Of a stretch of DNA of 64,000 nucleotides, positions 1 to 12,479 are shown piece by piece; the first letter of the stretch is position 1; every line of letters begins with the position of its first letter. The translations under genes were made by a program, and so were the position numbers. The stretch is from Callorhinchus milii (taxonomy: Eukaryota). The notes under the pieces are model-generated. The model was given only the letters and a program-made list of their open reading frames with translations, did no database searches and was not told the DNA's origin. The DNA lies in contig NW_024704743.1 of the NCBI RefSeq assembly GCF_018977255.1, positions 99,388,001-99,452,000 of the forward strand, given 5' to 3'.

Positions 1-9
1 CATGGGACC

Positions 10-50
10 TACTCAGAGGCAAGAGTGCTACCAACTGAGCCAGGCTGACA
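10..50 (-). mobile_element. Head fragment of older tRNA-derived Deu-domain SINE
   Basis: Reverse complement TGTCAGCCTGGCTCAGTTGGTAGCACTCTTGCCTCTGAGTA matches the heads at 32574, 45660 and 52978 (A-box-like TGGCTCAGTTGG). Confidence 0.75.
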
Positions 51-380
51 CTCATTCAATAATATGAACAAATTATGGTCTTGCTGAACCCATTGCTTGC
101 ACAAATTAACACAACGAATTGGTTGAGAAATTACCGTTAATTACAGTATTTTATGAATATTAAACATTTTTCATTATTTTCAGTGGGAATATTAGCATAA
201 GAGGATTTAGGATTTTTTTTAGCATAATCTACTTGTCTATGTTGAGAAACCTTCATAGCCATTGTGTTTCAATGTACAAAATATGGACTAATTTCCATAT
301 GGGGATGAATTTGATCCTCACCACCTTAAGAATAAAAGGAATGTTCAAAGGTAATTTCCTTTTCAATAATCATACATATT

Positions 381-456
381 GGGGTAGAATATAATGCTTC
401 ATAACAGAATTCAATGTGATAATTGAAATCTGTTATGAAACACTATATTTCGCCCC
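381..456. repeat. 76-bp palindrome (micro-MITE-like hairpin)
   Basis: Arms 381-415 and 422-456 are reverse complements at 29/35 positions around a GTGATA loop; GGGGTAGAA terminus resembles the larger MITE TIRs. Confidence 0.8.
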
Positions 457-2644
457 CCCACATTTAATGTCTACGACAAGTCTTTTTGAAGACATCAGTT
501 GGTAAAAGGCAAATGATAAATTTAATCACTTTTCTTACTGAAAATCTGATATGGGACTCGATATGTATGAACGTGTACTGCTCACGTCATCTAATCGATC
601 ACTCCACATGGAATTAACCTTCTGGCTGCACTGTCATGTTTAAAAAATCCTATTTAAATTAAGTACACAAAATGTTCCTTCATTGCAAATTGACTTAATT
701 TAATTTGCTGGTTAATGCTGAAATCTCGCGATTATCAGTTGCCTACATCTATAGTAGAACTTTGTCAAATTATTCTAGCCACCGAGAATCATGAGTCAAC
801 TGTATGCAGTTATTTAATGTTTCATTACACTGAAAATCGCTCACCGAGAAACAGCAATATAAATGACACTTCAGCAAATAAGGACCCAGGGGTCAGTGTG
901 ATATACTTGGGGATCCCTGGAAGAGATACATTTTCCATCCGAAGGTGTTTTTTCTGGAGTCAGTGCTGCTATTTTCTCAATGAGCTATTTTTGACCCCCT
1001 TTATCCATTGGCAAATTTCTAGTCAAATCTTTCTTGGATTTTTATCATTTGTTAAATAATAAGTGAATATATAGTTTAGGAATGGATTGTGCTTGCTTAC
1101 AGAATACATGATCACTACACTTCACACTAAGCACTCTGAGATGCTACCCTGCATGGAGGGTGCTATATAAGCCAAGTTGTCGTTGTTGTAAATACTGTTA
1201 AGCTCTTTGAGAAATACTCCTGACATGAAAAGTGCTATATCCAATACTAGGATTCTTAATATCATATTGAAAACATTTCTTGAGCAGTAAACCAGATTAA
1301 AAGCAATATGGCATTGCCACATGTAACACTTTCCATGTTAAAATGTTCATACATTTGAATTAGGGAGGCTGACAATATCAAAATACTGAAGGGTTGGAAA
1401 ATATAGCAAAGTGCTCAAATCTATACAAGACCACTTTGAACAGGCTCATAAAGGTTCAGGTGAACCATATTAGAATATTAGACACTGAATAATTCCTAAT
1501 CTAGATTATCTATCTCACTATACTTCTTGTTTGAACAACTGCTCTGAATAATTCTACCCATTCCATTTCCTTATTCTAGGTTTAAAAGCACAGCTTCAGG
1601 CTAATCTCTACATTCTGAAAATGAATTATACACACCATGGTTGCAACGCAAGATAAAAATTCAGTGCACTTGCAGTAAGTGAAAAAGACCTGAAGCTACA
1701 TTTGTGCACCTTGTGTTAGTGCAGTTGACAGGATCAACGAGTTTCATATCACACAGTTTCACGACACGTAATTGATAATTCAGAGTGTATTTGAATGTAG
1801 AGGAAAAACTTTGTCCATCAGAGAGGGTTTTGTGTCCTGGGGAGGAAATATCCTGACTGATGCTGGTTAATTCATCTCTAGGCATTGAGTAGAAATGGAG
1901 TAAAAAAAAGAATAATATTAAGAGTAAAGGCCATAGATATGATTTTAAAATATTCAAACAAAATGACTATCTTCCAACAAGTGTAGGTATTGTGCAGCAC
2001 CATGGGTCAAAACCATTGCCAACATAGATTGTTCCCTTTCGCTCAATAATCAAATGACATTGAATGTACCTGAGTCACTGCATCAAAATTATTCTCTTCC
2101 CTTGATAGTGGCACATAGTGGAGAAAAGGCAGATAAATGAAATTAAAGTGTTGCTCTAGACTCAATGATGCAGCAGGTTCAATGGACTGAATTAATTATT
2201 GCTACTTTTGTGTACCTAGTTCACAAACAACAAGGAGAATGAATATTATGAATGATTCATATCACTCATACAATGTTTGTGCCTTAGGCCATGCTGCTCA
2301 CATGATGCAAATAAAATATATCCACAGTAATGTGGTCTTGTTCTGAGTAGATTCTTTTTCTTCAGGTCGTGATCCACCTTACACATTGCTATTGTTCCCT
2401 CGCAAGTTGCACACACAAGCATTCAGTAACCACTCTGATTGTACCATAGTGATCAAACCCTGGCTTTAATCTGTGTGATACCCTGCAGGTTGCCTTTGCC
2501 ATGTAATGGTTTGGTGGTGGGGTGAGGACCAGCTGGAATATTCTTGCTCTATCCTTTACCTAGAGTTTCCATAGTTTGTGTTTTGTGACCAATCCATTTG
2601 AAATATTGTTGACGTGGACACCAGGAAGAATTCCTTTTCTCTTC

Positions 2645-3012
2645 AAATAATCCCTCCACTCCCTGGCACCTCCCTATCTCTCCAGCTTCCTCACTCCCTA
2701 ATTCACCATCCGGTGCCTCCGCTCGACTGGCACAAGCCTGCTTATCCCTCACACCCTCCAGTCCAGCATTGGAGGTTGCGCATTCAGTCACTATGCCCCG
2801 AAACTCGGGAACACTCTCCCTCAATCCCTCTGCCTTGCCCCCAATCTCCCCTTTTTCAAGTCCCACCTGAAAACCTTCCTTTACGACCATGCTTACGGTC
2901 ACCTACCCCACCCCTCCCCCCAACCGGCTCGGAGTCAGTCTCCACCACTGTTAAGCGCTCTGAGACGCTATTCGGTGTGGGGGGCGCTATATAAGTGCAA
3001 GTTATTATTATT
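2645..3012 (+). mobile_element. L2-clade LINE 3' fragment
   Basis: C-rich ORF2 end and 3' UTR ending AAGCGCTCTGAGACGC...GGGCGCTATATAAGTGCAAGTTATTATT; homologous to 57110-57470. Confidence 0.8.
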
Positions 3013-3624
3013 GCACCATGGGATCTTTAACGTGCACCTGCATGACCTAAGTTGAATGCCTTGTCTGTAGGATGGCACCTCCAACAATACAGTGCACCCT
3101 TGAACTGTTGGTCTAGACTCTGTACTCAAGACCTGACCTGGGTCTGTATCCAATGAAAAATATGACATCTGATGTGATAATTATCAAATAACAACGCCTA
3201 AGACACTACAATAATATCATTCACTTCCCTCGACGGTTACACATATTGGAGAATGGCAGGAAAACAAAATTAAAGAATTGCCTTTGAGTTTATGGTGGAA
3301 CAAGCTCGATGGACCAAATGGTTTATCCCAATAATTTATCACATCATATACCAACATTTTTCACCACTATATGTGATCCACCCAACGCAAAAAAGGAGTT
3401 GCCCTCATTTTCTACAGAGCTCAGTCATAATATTCTCGGTCTTGGATATTCCTGTGCAGGGCAGAATTAAGATTCATATAAAAGTAATTAAATAGAAATC
3501 TGAATAAAGAATCTGAATTGCATAAATGGGGATTCCTCACTCCAGCTTGTGGGAGCACTCTTTTGACAAAGTGTACTTTAGGAACAGAGTTTCTGCTGAT
3601 CAATGGAATTCTACCTGGATCCCT

Positions 3625-3810
3625 GATTAAGGAAGTTAGGATATGGAATGCCCGGCTGGGAGCGGTGGTTGAGGTAGAGATAGAGTATTTCCCTTTAAGA
3701 GGAAACTGGACCTCAAGAAGAGTCAGGTGCTGGGATATCGGGAATGAAAGGATTGCTTTTGAGGCAGCCAACACTGAAATATTGGGCTGAATGCCCTTCT
3801 TCTGTTCCAT
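3625..3810 (+). mobile_element. Old CR1-like 3' end
   Basis: TGGAATG...GTGGTTGAGG...TTTAAGAGGAAACTGGA...TGGGCTGAATG pattern as in the CR1 end at 13450-13620. Confidence 0.5.
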
Positions 3811-3934
3811 AAATATTTATGATTCTATGGTTCGAGGATGAACCTATTGCCAGTAGAAAATTTAGATAGTAAATAGGGATTGGTAAATCCCCCCGCCCCC
3901 CCACCACCCCTGTTAGTTTGATCAACTATAGTAT

Positions 3935-4160
3935 ATAATCCTTGCACTTGATATAGCGCCTTATCATGTTGTTGAACCAACTCAAAGCCCTTTACAGCAA
4001 TAGGCCACAAACTCCCATGAAGTGAATGACTCCCTTCTCTTTAGAATAGTGCCTTGGCATTTATCATCTCCCTGAACAAGCATATGGGACCTCAGCTTAA
4101 CATCTCATCCAAAAGAAGGCACCTCTGAAATCAACACTGTTTTGGAGTATCAGCCTAGAC
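3935..4160 (-). mobile_element. Deu-domain SINE fragment (degenerate)
   Basis: AATCCTTGCACTTGATATAGCGCC tail and TTAACATCTCATCCAAAAGAAGGCACCTC Deu-type core. Confidence 0.7.
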
Positions 4161-4744
4161 TAAACAGACTAGACAGTATAGGTAAAGTCCAACAGTAATT
4201 GGCAAAGATTTAGCAACCAATTAAACTAAGAATTATGAAGTCCCATTAAAAATCTTTAGTATTATATCACATCTTTTACTTTTGCTCATCTGTGGTTCAA
4301 AGATCATTTTGAAGAACTGGGAAGCCAAGCTTTGGCTTTGACTGTGATCCTGGCTGTTTCATGATACAGTGCTAATTAATACCAAGTGTATGAACTTCAT
4401 CAGAGAAAAGGTTAGCTTAGATGCTGTGCAAAGGAGATCTTTGTTCTTTTAGACCAATTCAGTAATGAATGATCTCCCCAGAAGATTTAAAGACCAACTG
4501 GGCTGGGTAATGGCATTTAGATGAGATAACAGCATATCTTTAATGAAATTCCTTACTAAGGAATCCCCTTTGAATTTGGTCAACCTGAAGGACCTCTGGT
4601 TCTGAAGTAGACAGTGTTAGAATAGGGTTTCCACAGGCCGCTGTGATGAATGACGTTCTTCTGGTTAACAGAACGAGACCCGTTTTCACAACTTGCTTTC
4701 TGTTGAAGAAATACAAGTCTCAATTTGTTTGAATGAATACCTCT

Positions 4745-5410
4745 TTTAAAGTAATCAAAAAGGCAAATGGAACGTTGGCCTTTATCTTAAGGGGCCTGGA
4801 ATACAAAGGGGAAGAAATGATGCTCAGCTGTATAGAGTTATCAGCCAGACCCCAGTCAGATCTGGAGTACTGCATTCAGTTTTGGGCACCACATCTCAGA
4901 AAAGATATATTGGCCCTGGAGGGGGTTCAGCGCAGGTTCACCAGAATGTTACCAGGCCTAAAAGGGTACATTACGAGGAAAGGCTGTGATTGCTTGGATT
5001 GTATTCCCTTGAGTTTAGAAGGTTGAGGGGTGAATTGATTGAGCTGTTTAAAATGATAAAGGGATTTGATAGGGTAGATACAGAGAAGCTTTCTCCTCTG
5101 GTGGGGAATCCAAAACAAGGGGACATAGTCTTAAAATTAGAACCAGGCCATTTAAGAGTGAAATCAGGAAGCATTTTTTCACTCAAAGGGTGGTAGAAAT
5201 CTAGAATTCTCTCCTCCAAAAGGCTGTGGATGCTGGATCCATCCATACTTTCAAGAGTGAGGTTGATATATTTTTGGCGGGACAGGATATTAAGGGATAT
5301 GGGGAGAAAATGGGAAATTGGAATTGAAAGGATCAGCCATGATCTAATTAAATGGTGGAACAGGCGCGAAGGGCTGAACAGCCTCCTCCTGTTCCTATGT
5401 TCCTATGAAT
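4745..5410 (+). mobile_element. CR1 LINE, ORF2 C-terminus and 3' end (frameshifted)
   Basis: LEYCIQFWAPHLRKDILALEGVQRRFTRMLPGL and LGLYSLEFRRLRGELIELFKMIKG are hallmark CR1 ORF2 C-terminal peptides; ends in TTCCTATG repeats. Confidence 0.92.
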
Positions 5411-6298
5411 CCTAATTCTGAATAGTCTAAGATTTTTGTTTTGTGCAAGTAATTGATTTTGACTTATTACTGTCACAATAATAAATTGTATTAATTCTAT
5501 CTGGGTTATAAATATCTGGTAATTATGGAACATTAATGTTCAACCAATGCAAGTCACTTTCTGTCTTACTCTCTTACACTTCCTGTACTCTCTCTTCTGG
5601 GTCAGACGGTTGTCGGTTTAAGGCCCAAAGGAGCACTTTGAGATCATATCCTATGGATCAAATGGAAATAAACTACTGAATTTGTTAACAACTCAGACTT
5701 ACTTTTCACTGACTGGAGCTAACTGAAACAAAGGCAGGTTACCAAATGCCACTGAGATATTGGGCATGTATCCTGTTCTAGCTGCTAATTACCCTCTGGA
5801 TAAAGAGATATGTTTATCATGAAGTAGCCCTTTATAAACCTGTGTTCTACTCTCTCAGTTCATCTAAAAGTATTATTCTGGGTTTACTTTCTCAATCCTA
5901 TTAAAATGGTATGGAGGTTTACATACAGTTTGGAAACTGTTCTTTATATCTGAATAATTTTCAAGGCTCCTTTATCAGACCTGTTGAATTAAGTGGATTT
6001 GATGACAATCCTTGTGAAGATAATCCAATATGCAGTGTAACACATGGAAATCCTTTGTGCGATAATGCCACAAAAGGATCAAATCGATAGAGAGAAACAG
6101 ATTAGATGACCTTGAGCCAACGTGGTACATTGTTAAAAGAATGCTTTTCAGCTGAAATGTTTTTTTCCTATTATCTCTAATTTAAAGGATTTTTTTTAAA
6201 CTTGAAAACTCACTTTACTAAATGTTTTCAGCTACCATCATTACTTTTTGGTTTTCCAATTCCGTAGTGCTTTTCAACAAAGCATGCAACTACAATTT

Positions 6299-6560
6299 CA
6301 ACAACAATAATTTACATTTATAGCACCTTCCACATTGGGAGGAAGTCTCGAAGCATTTGCAGAGCTCATTTGGAACTCGAGGTCAAGATGAGGGAGCTGA
6401 GGAAGGTGGGGTAGAAAGGTAATTGAAAGTATGGTTGAAAAGAAAGATCTTAAGTAGGGCTTTAAAAGTGGGGACAGAGAGGGAAGGGGCAAGGGAGAGA
6501 GGTAGTCTGGGATGGAGTTTTAAGAGAATGGGTAAAAAATCACTGACCAATGCTGGGTGG
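6299..6560 (-). mobile_element. Degenerate L2 3' end
   Basis: CAACAACAATAATTTACATTTATAGCACC tail; minus-strand FKALLKIFLF peptide. Confidence 0.7.
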
Positions 6561-6619
6561 ATTGGACATAAAAATGAACTAATACCTCTCTTCAGAACTG
6601 AAATGGAGAAATTGTTGAC

Positions 6620-7240
6620 AAATTGCCACTGTCTCACACTGCAGGCCGCCAAGACCCTCATACATGCACTCATAACATCCAAGCTCGACTATGCAACTCC
6701 CTGCTTGTCAACCTTCCCAACTCCTCCCTCCATAGGCTGTAGATCATCCAGAACTTTGCAGCCCGTGTCCTCTCCCGCACCAGGCTCTATGACCCTATCA
6801 CCATCATCCTTGATCGACTCCACTGGCTTCCTATCACACAGAGGATACAGTTTAAGATCCTGGTCCTCAACTTTAAAGCCCTCCATGGCCTTGCTCTCGC
6901 CTACCTCTGAGACCTTATCAACCTGCTCGCTTCCTCCACTCAGCAGGATCTGGCCTGCTTCATGTCTCCTGCCTCGCCTGCCCCAACATTGATAGGCAGG
7001 CCTTCTGCCACTCTGCGCCTACTCTCTGGAACTCCATCCTGCAGTCCCTCCACTTCGCCCCTTCCCTTGCCTCCTTCAAGACCCATCTCAACACCCTCTT
7101 CTTCGACCGTGCCTTCGGTCACCCTCCTACACCACCTGCCCTCTACCCTTCCTGATCCCAACCACTAGTTGATTGTCCAGCATCTTGGGCATCCTCCCGA
7201 GTTGAAAGGAACTGTACAAATGTTATTTTGTTGATGTTGT
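6620..7240 (+). mobile_element. L2 ORF2 3' fragment with TTG tail
   Basis: HCLTLQAAKTLIHALITSKLDYA peptide; homologous to 29490-30140 and 11100-11700. Confidence 0.9.
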
Positions 7241-7254
7241 TTTAGGATACGCCA

Positions 7255-7701
7255 AGACAATAAAACAAGAAGACATAGGTTTAGAGTTGCAAGGAGCAAT
7301 TTTAGGACAGAAATTTGGAAGGTTTTCTTTTTCCAAAGAGCAATTAACAACTGCAACTATTGCAACTCCCTGCATCAATCCCTTTGTGTTGCCCCCTCTT
7401 TGGCCATCTTCAAATCACAGCTGAAGTGCTTCTTCGACTGTGCTTTCAGTCACCTCACCACCCCTCTATTTCCAGCTTGGTGTCAGGGCACAACACTGTT
7501 AACTGAAACATTACCCACATGAAGGGTGCTATATAAATGCAACTTGTTATTGTTTTTTGGAACAAATTGCTAGGAAGGATGAGGCCAGGACACTGAATTC
7601 ATTTATAAACAGCTTGATGCTGTGATGGTAAGACGGTAGGATGGGTTTTCTGGAAGATTAAATGGGCTGAAGGGCCTTTTTCATCCAAATAATCTTGTGA
7701 A
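7255..7701 (+). mobile_element. CR1 3' fragment interrupted by an L2 3' end (about 7360-7555)
   Basis: ACAAGAAGACATAGGTTTAGAG...TTTAGGACAGAA left part; TGGAAC...CAGCTTGATGCTGTGATG...AATCTTGTGA right part; L2 tail GGGTGCTATATAAATGCAACTTGTT in between. Confidence 0.7.
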
Positions 7702-7849
7702 CTAGTGAAAATTGCCATTATCATTAAATGTATTCCATTTCTTGTTTAGGGAACAATAGAACACACATTACAGAATTCTCTAAACGGTTCCTAAACTTTT
7801 TATTTTGTTTTGACCCTTAGGCGAGGCTATTTTGTGAAATGTTGGTCTT

Positions 7850-8075
7850 GGGGAGAGAAATTTCACCTGAGTCTAGATTTACTATAATTTCTTAACATTT
7901 CAGAATGTCCAGAAACTTCCAAATTCTTAAACACAATATTAATTTAGATGTTGATTTCTTGCAAGTTTACTACCGATAACTGGCTTCAGATTTAAGGCTG
8001 AATTCAACAATCTGTCAAATTCTGAAAATGCTAAGAAAATTGAATCAATCTAGATTCAGGAGGAATTTCTACCTG
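7850..8075. mobile_element. MITE-like palindromic element, family M1
   Basis: TIRs GGGAGAGAAATTTCACCTGAGTCTAGATT and AATCTAGATTCAGGAGGAATTTCTACC; related copies at 40063-40343 and 55968-56189. Confidence 0.8.
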
Positions 8076-8196
8076 TGTAACTGACCCTTGTACTTAATAT
8101 TTTCCAAAGTTTATTTGACGAAGAGGGACAAAATTCCTCTCGGCCAAATATTACTTTTTATCAATTAGAACCTAGCCAACCAATCAATCTCTCATT

Positions 8197-9682
8197 GACT
8201 CGCAGCTATTAAGCTACCGGCCCATCTCCAACCTCCCCTTCCTGTCCAAGGTTCTCGAAAGAGCCGTCGCCTCCCAGCTGCGCTCTTTCCTCTCCACCCA
8301 CTCAGTTTTTGAACCCCTCCAGTCGGGTTTCCGTGCTGCCCATAGCACGGAAACCGCCCTGGTCAAGGTCACTAATGACATATTGACCATCTGCGACCAG
8401 GGCTACCTCTGCCTCCTCGTCCTCCTCAACTTATTGGCCGCATTCGATACGGTCGACCACTCTATCCTCCTCCACCGCTTGTCCTCCCACCTCAACCTTC
8501 AAGGCCCTGTCCTTGAGTGGTTTAGGTCGTACCTCTCCCACTGTCTTCATTTTGTTTCCACAAACGTCTTTTCCTCCAGCCCCCGCACTGTCTCGTGCGG
8601 CGTCCCCTCCTCTTCACCCTCTATATGCTCCCCCTTGGTGACATCATCCGCAGACATGGGGTTAACTTCCACATGTATGCGGATGACACCCAACTCTACC
8701 TTTCCTCCTCTACCCTCAACTCCACGACTACCGATGTCCTGACAGTCTGCCTGTCCGACATCGAGTCCTGGACGAGAGACAACTTTCTTCAGATCAATGT
8801 GCGCAAAACTGAGGCCCTCCGGATTGGCTCACGTCAGCGCCTCCGCACCTCAGGCGCTGACAGCATCAGCATCCAAGGCTGCACTCTCCACCTCTCAAAG
8901 CCAGTCAGGAACCTCGGGGTTCTGTTCGACCCTGAGCTGTCCTTTCTTCCCCACATCTGCGCCACAACTGGCACTGCCTTCCACCACCTCCAGAACATCG
9001 CCAGACTACGGCACTACCTCACCCCTCACGCTGCTGAAACACTGGTCCACGCCTTTATCACCTCAAGGCTGGACTACGGGAACTCTCTCCTCGTCGGCAT
9101 TCCCGCACCTCCCTCCACAAGCTGCAGGTCATTCAGAACTCAGCAGCTCGTGTACTGTCCCGCACCAGGCTTCACGACCACATCACTCCCACCCTCGCTC
9201 GCCTCCACTGGCTCCCCATCCCCCAGAGGATAGATTTCAAGATCCTTATCCTCACCTACAAGGCCATTCACGGCCTTGCACCCTCCTACCTCTCCGACCT
9301 ACTATCCCCTTACTTACCTGCCCGTACCCTCCGTTCCTCTGGCTCTGGTCTGCTCCACATCCCCCACCCTAACCGCCCTACCATCGGTGGCTGGGCTTTC
9401 AGCCTCTCAGCCCCTAGGCTCTGGAACTCCATCCCCCAGTGCCTTCGCCTTGCTTCCTCCCTTTTCTCCTTCAAGGCCGGTCTCAAGACCTTTCTCTTCA
9501 ACCGTGCCTTCAGCTCCCCTCTCGACTCTCTACCCCCTCCTCGTTCCCTCCCTTCCCTCCCCTCACCCTGACCATTTCCCCCCTGCTCGGGTCTCAACCC
9601 AACTGTCCAGCGCCTTGGGACGTCCTCCCGACGTGAAAGGCGCTCTATAAATGCAATCTTGTTCTTGTTGTTGTTGTTGTTG
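8197..9682 (+). mobile_element. 5'-truncated L2 LINE (subfamily A), RT pseudogene
   Basis: [36 protein letters not shown] and MYADDTQLY motifs; stem-loop plus (TTG)n tail; 22-bp deletion near 8602 removes the PQGS motif. Confidence 0.95.
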
Positions 9683-9729
9683 ACTCCGCCACTACCTCAC
9701 CCCTCAGGGCACCAAAACTCTTGTTCATG
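9683..9729 (+). mobile_element. Left part of an interrupted L2 copy (continues at 11100)
   Basis: Reads LRHYLTPQGTKTLVH and joins in frame to [14 protein letters not shown] at 11100. Confidence 0.85.
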
Positions 9730-11099
9730 TCGGATTTCCGTGCTGCCCATAGCACAGAAACTGCCCTGGTCAAGGTCACCATCTGGTGACCATCTGCCAC
9801 CAGGGCTTCCTCTGCCTCCTCGTCCTCATCGACCTATGGGCAGCATTCGATACAGTCGACCACGCTATCCTCCTCCACCGCTTGTCCTCCCACCTCAACC
9901 TTCAAGCCCCTGTCCTTGAGTGGTTTAGGTCATACCTCTCCCACCGTCTTCACTTTGTTTCCACGAACGGTTTTTCCTCCGGCCCCCGCACTGTCTCGTG
10001 CGGTGTCCCTCAGGGCTCTGTCCTCGGTCCCCTCCTCTTCACCCTCTATATGCTCCCCCTTGGTGACATCATCCGCAGACATGGGGTTAACTTCCACATG
10101 TATGCGGATGACACCCAACTCTACCTTTCCTCCTCTACCCTCAACTCCACAACCACCGGTGTCCTGACAGCCTGCCTGTCCGACATCGAGTCCTGGACGA
10201 GAGACAACTTTCTTTAGCTCAACGTGCGTAAAACTGAGGCCCTCCTGATTGGCTCGCGTCAACGCCTCCGCACCTCAGGCGCTGACAGCATCAGCATCCA
10301 AGCTGCACTCTCCACCTCTCAAAGCCATCAGGAACCTCGGTGTTCTGTTCGACCCTGAGCTGTCCTTTCTCCCTCATATCCGCGCCACAACTGGCACCGC
10401 CTTCCATCACCTCCGGAACATCGCCAGACTACGGCACTACCTCACCCCTCACGCTGCTGAAACTCTGGTCCACGCCTTTATCACCTCAAGGCTGGACTAT
10501 GGGAACTCTCTCCTCGCCGGCCTTCCCGCCACCTCCCTCCACAAGCTGCAGGTCATTCAGAACTCTGCAGCTCGTGTACTGTCCCGCACCAGGCTTCGCG
10601 ACCACATCACTCCCACCCTCGCTCGCCTCCACTGGCTCCCCATCCCCCAGAGGATCGAATTCAAGATCCTCATCCTCACCTACAAGGCCATTCACGGCCT
10701 TGCTCCCTCCTACCTCTCTGACCTACTATCCCCCTACTTACCTGCCCGTACCCTCCGTTCCTCTGGCTCCGGTCTGCTCCACATCCCCTGCCCCAACCGC
10801 CCTACCATCGGTGGCCGGGCCTTCAGCCTCTCAGCCCCGAGGGTCTGGAACTCTATCCCCAGTGCCTTCGCCTTGCCGCCTCCCTTTCCTCCTTCAAGGC
10901 CGGTCTCAAGACCTTTCTCTTTGACCGTGCCTTCAGCTCCCCTCTCGACCCTCTACCCCCTCCTCGCTCCCTGCCTTCCCTCCCCTCACCCTGACCATTT
11001 CCCCCCTGCTCGGGTCCTGACCCAACTGTACAGCGCCTTGGGACGTCCTCCCGACGTGAAAGGCACTCAATAAATGGAATCTTGTTGTTGTTGTTGTTG
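9730..11099 (+). mobile_element. 5'-truncated L2 LINE (subfamily A) nested in another L2
   Basis: [31 protein letters not shown] stop at 10215-10217 and frameshifts; (TTG)n tail; very similar to 8197-9682. Confidence 0.95.
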
Positions 11100-11706
11100 C
11101 CTTTATCACCTCCAGACTCGACTATGCAAACTCCCTGCTTGTCGGCCTTCCCAACTCCTCCCTCCACAGGCTGCAGGTAATCCAGAACTCTGCAGCCCGT
11201 GTCCTCGCCTGCACCAAACTCCGTGACCCCATCTCCCCCATTCTCGCCCAACTCCATTGGCTCCCTATCCTTCAGAGGATCCAGTTCAAGATCCTGGTCC
11301 TCACTTACAAAGCCCTCCATGGCCTCGCCCCACCCTATCTCTGCAACCTCCTAACCCCCTACCAACGCATCCATTCCCTCCGCTCAGCCGGCTCTGGCCT
11401 GCTCCACGTCCCCGGACCCACCCGCCCCACCATTGGCGGGAGAGCCTTCAGCCACTCTGCCCCTAACCTCTGGAATTCTATCCCCCAGTCACTCCGCCTC
11501 GCCTCCTCCTTAGCCTCCTTCAAGTCCTGTCTCAAGACCCTTCTCTTTGACCATTGCCATCGGCCACCTATCTTCCCCTCCCCCCCTCCCCCCCCCAGCA
11601 ACCCCAGCGCGGGTCTGAAATGCTATACTCTATCCAGCGCCTTGGGACGTCCTCCCAACGTGAAAGGCGCTATACAATTGTAATCTTGTTATTGTTGTTG
11701 CTGTTG
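11100..11706 (+). mobile_element. Right part of interrupted L2 copy with 3' tail
   Basis: [13 protein letters not shown]...LHWLPI peptide; AGCGCCTTGGGACGTCCTCCCAACGTGAAAGGCGCT stem-loop; TTG tail. Confidence 0.92.
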
Positions 11707-12479
11707 GATCTTTTAGTGCAAGTCATATAGACAGGATGCATGTATGTCCTACCCTATCTTGATAGTTAGTCCCCATTATTTCTACAATTGCACTTGATGA
11801 TTGTGCATATTGCAATGGCTTTAAAAGTGACTTGTGGAGCTGCAAAGCAGAGCAACATATATCATTTTAACAACACACCCTTCTATCTCTTGCTCCATAA
11901 ATTAAACCTATAATGTGCACATAAACTTTGACATGCATACTAAAATATTGTGAAGATTTTGTTATAGAGTTCTTTTTTACTTTGAAACAGACTTGTTTGA
12001 GCCTATATGAAAGTACTTATGCCTTTTTATGCTACTGAACAAAATATGGGACAAAATGCACAATGTATGGATTTCAATTGGAGTGTTGAGGTATAGAGAA
12101 AGGAAATTATTGTAGCAATGTCACTTTCAATGCCCAAACTATGCAGTGAAGCAATAAAATAGGTAATAGAAACCAAGGATATACAACCAGAACTGTAGAA
12201 CATAAGTCTCAATGGACCAAATGGTTTGGACCACTGAGTGTATGCTAAGTTTTTTATGATGCACTGGTGGAAGAATGCTGTCTTCAAGATTGGTTCCACA
12301 CCACAACAAGGATATATGTATAAGAAAAAGTACTAAAAAGAGCACTAAGACTGATACCAGTTGCAAAGGAAATGCTTTATTAAAAAAAGTTATAGAAATT
12401 AAGCTTTATCGTCTAATAAGGTTATTAATGGTGCACATTATAGTGTATATTAATACTGATCCATGCATTTAATATCGCA

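Noticed and set aside
5980..6090. Cys-containing exon-like frame PVELSGFDDNPCEDNPICSVTHGNPLCDN
   Set aside because: Ends in a stop without a donor site, has no recognisable homology and no partner exons
8383..11073. Intact autonomous reverse transcriptase gene
   Set aside because: All copies are 5'-truncated with frameshifts, a stop at 10215-10217 or a deleted PQGS motif; the copy at 33689-34992 is also frameshifted
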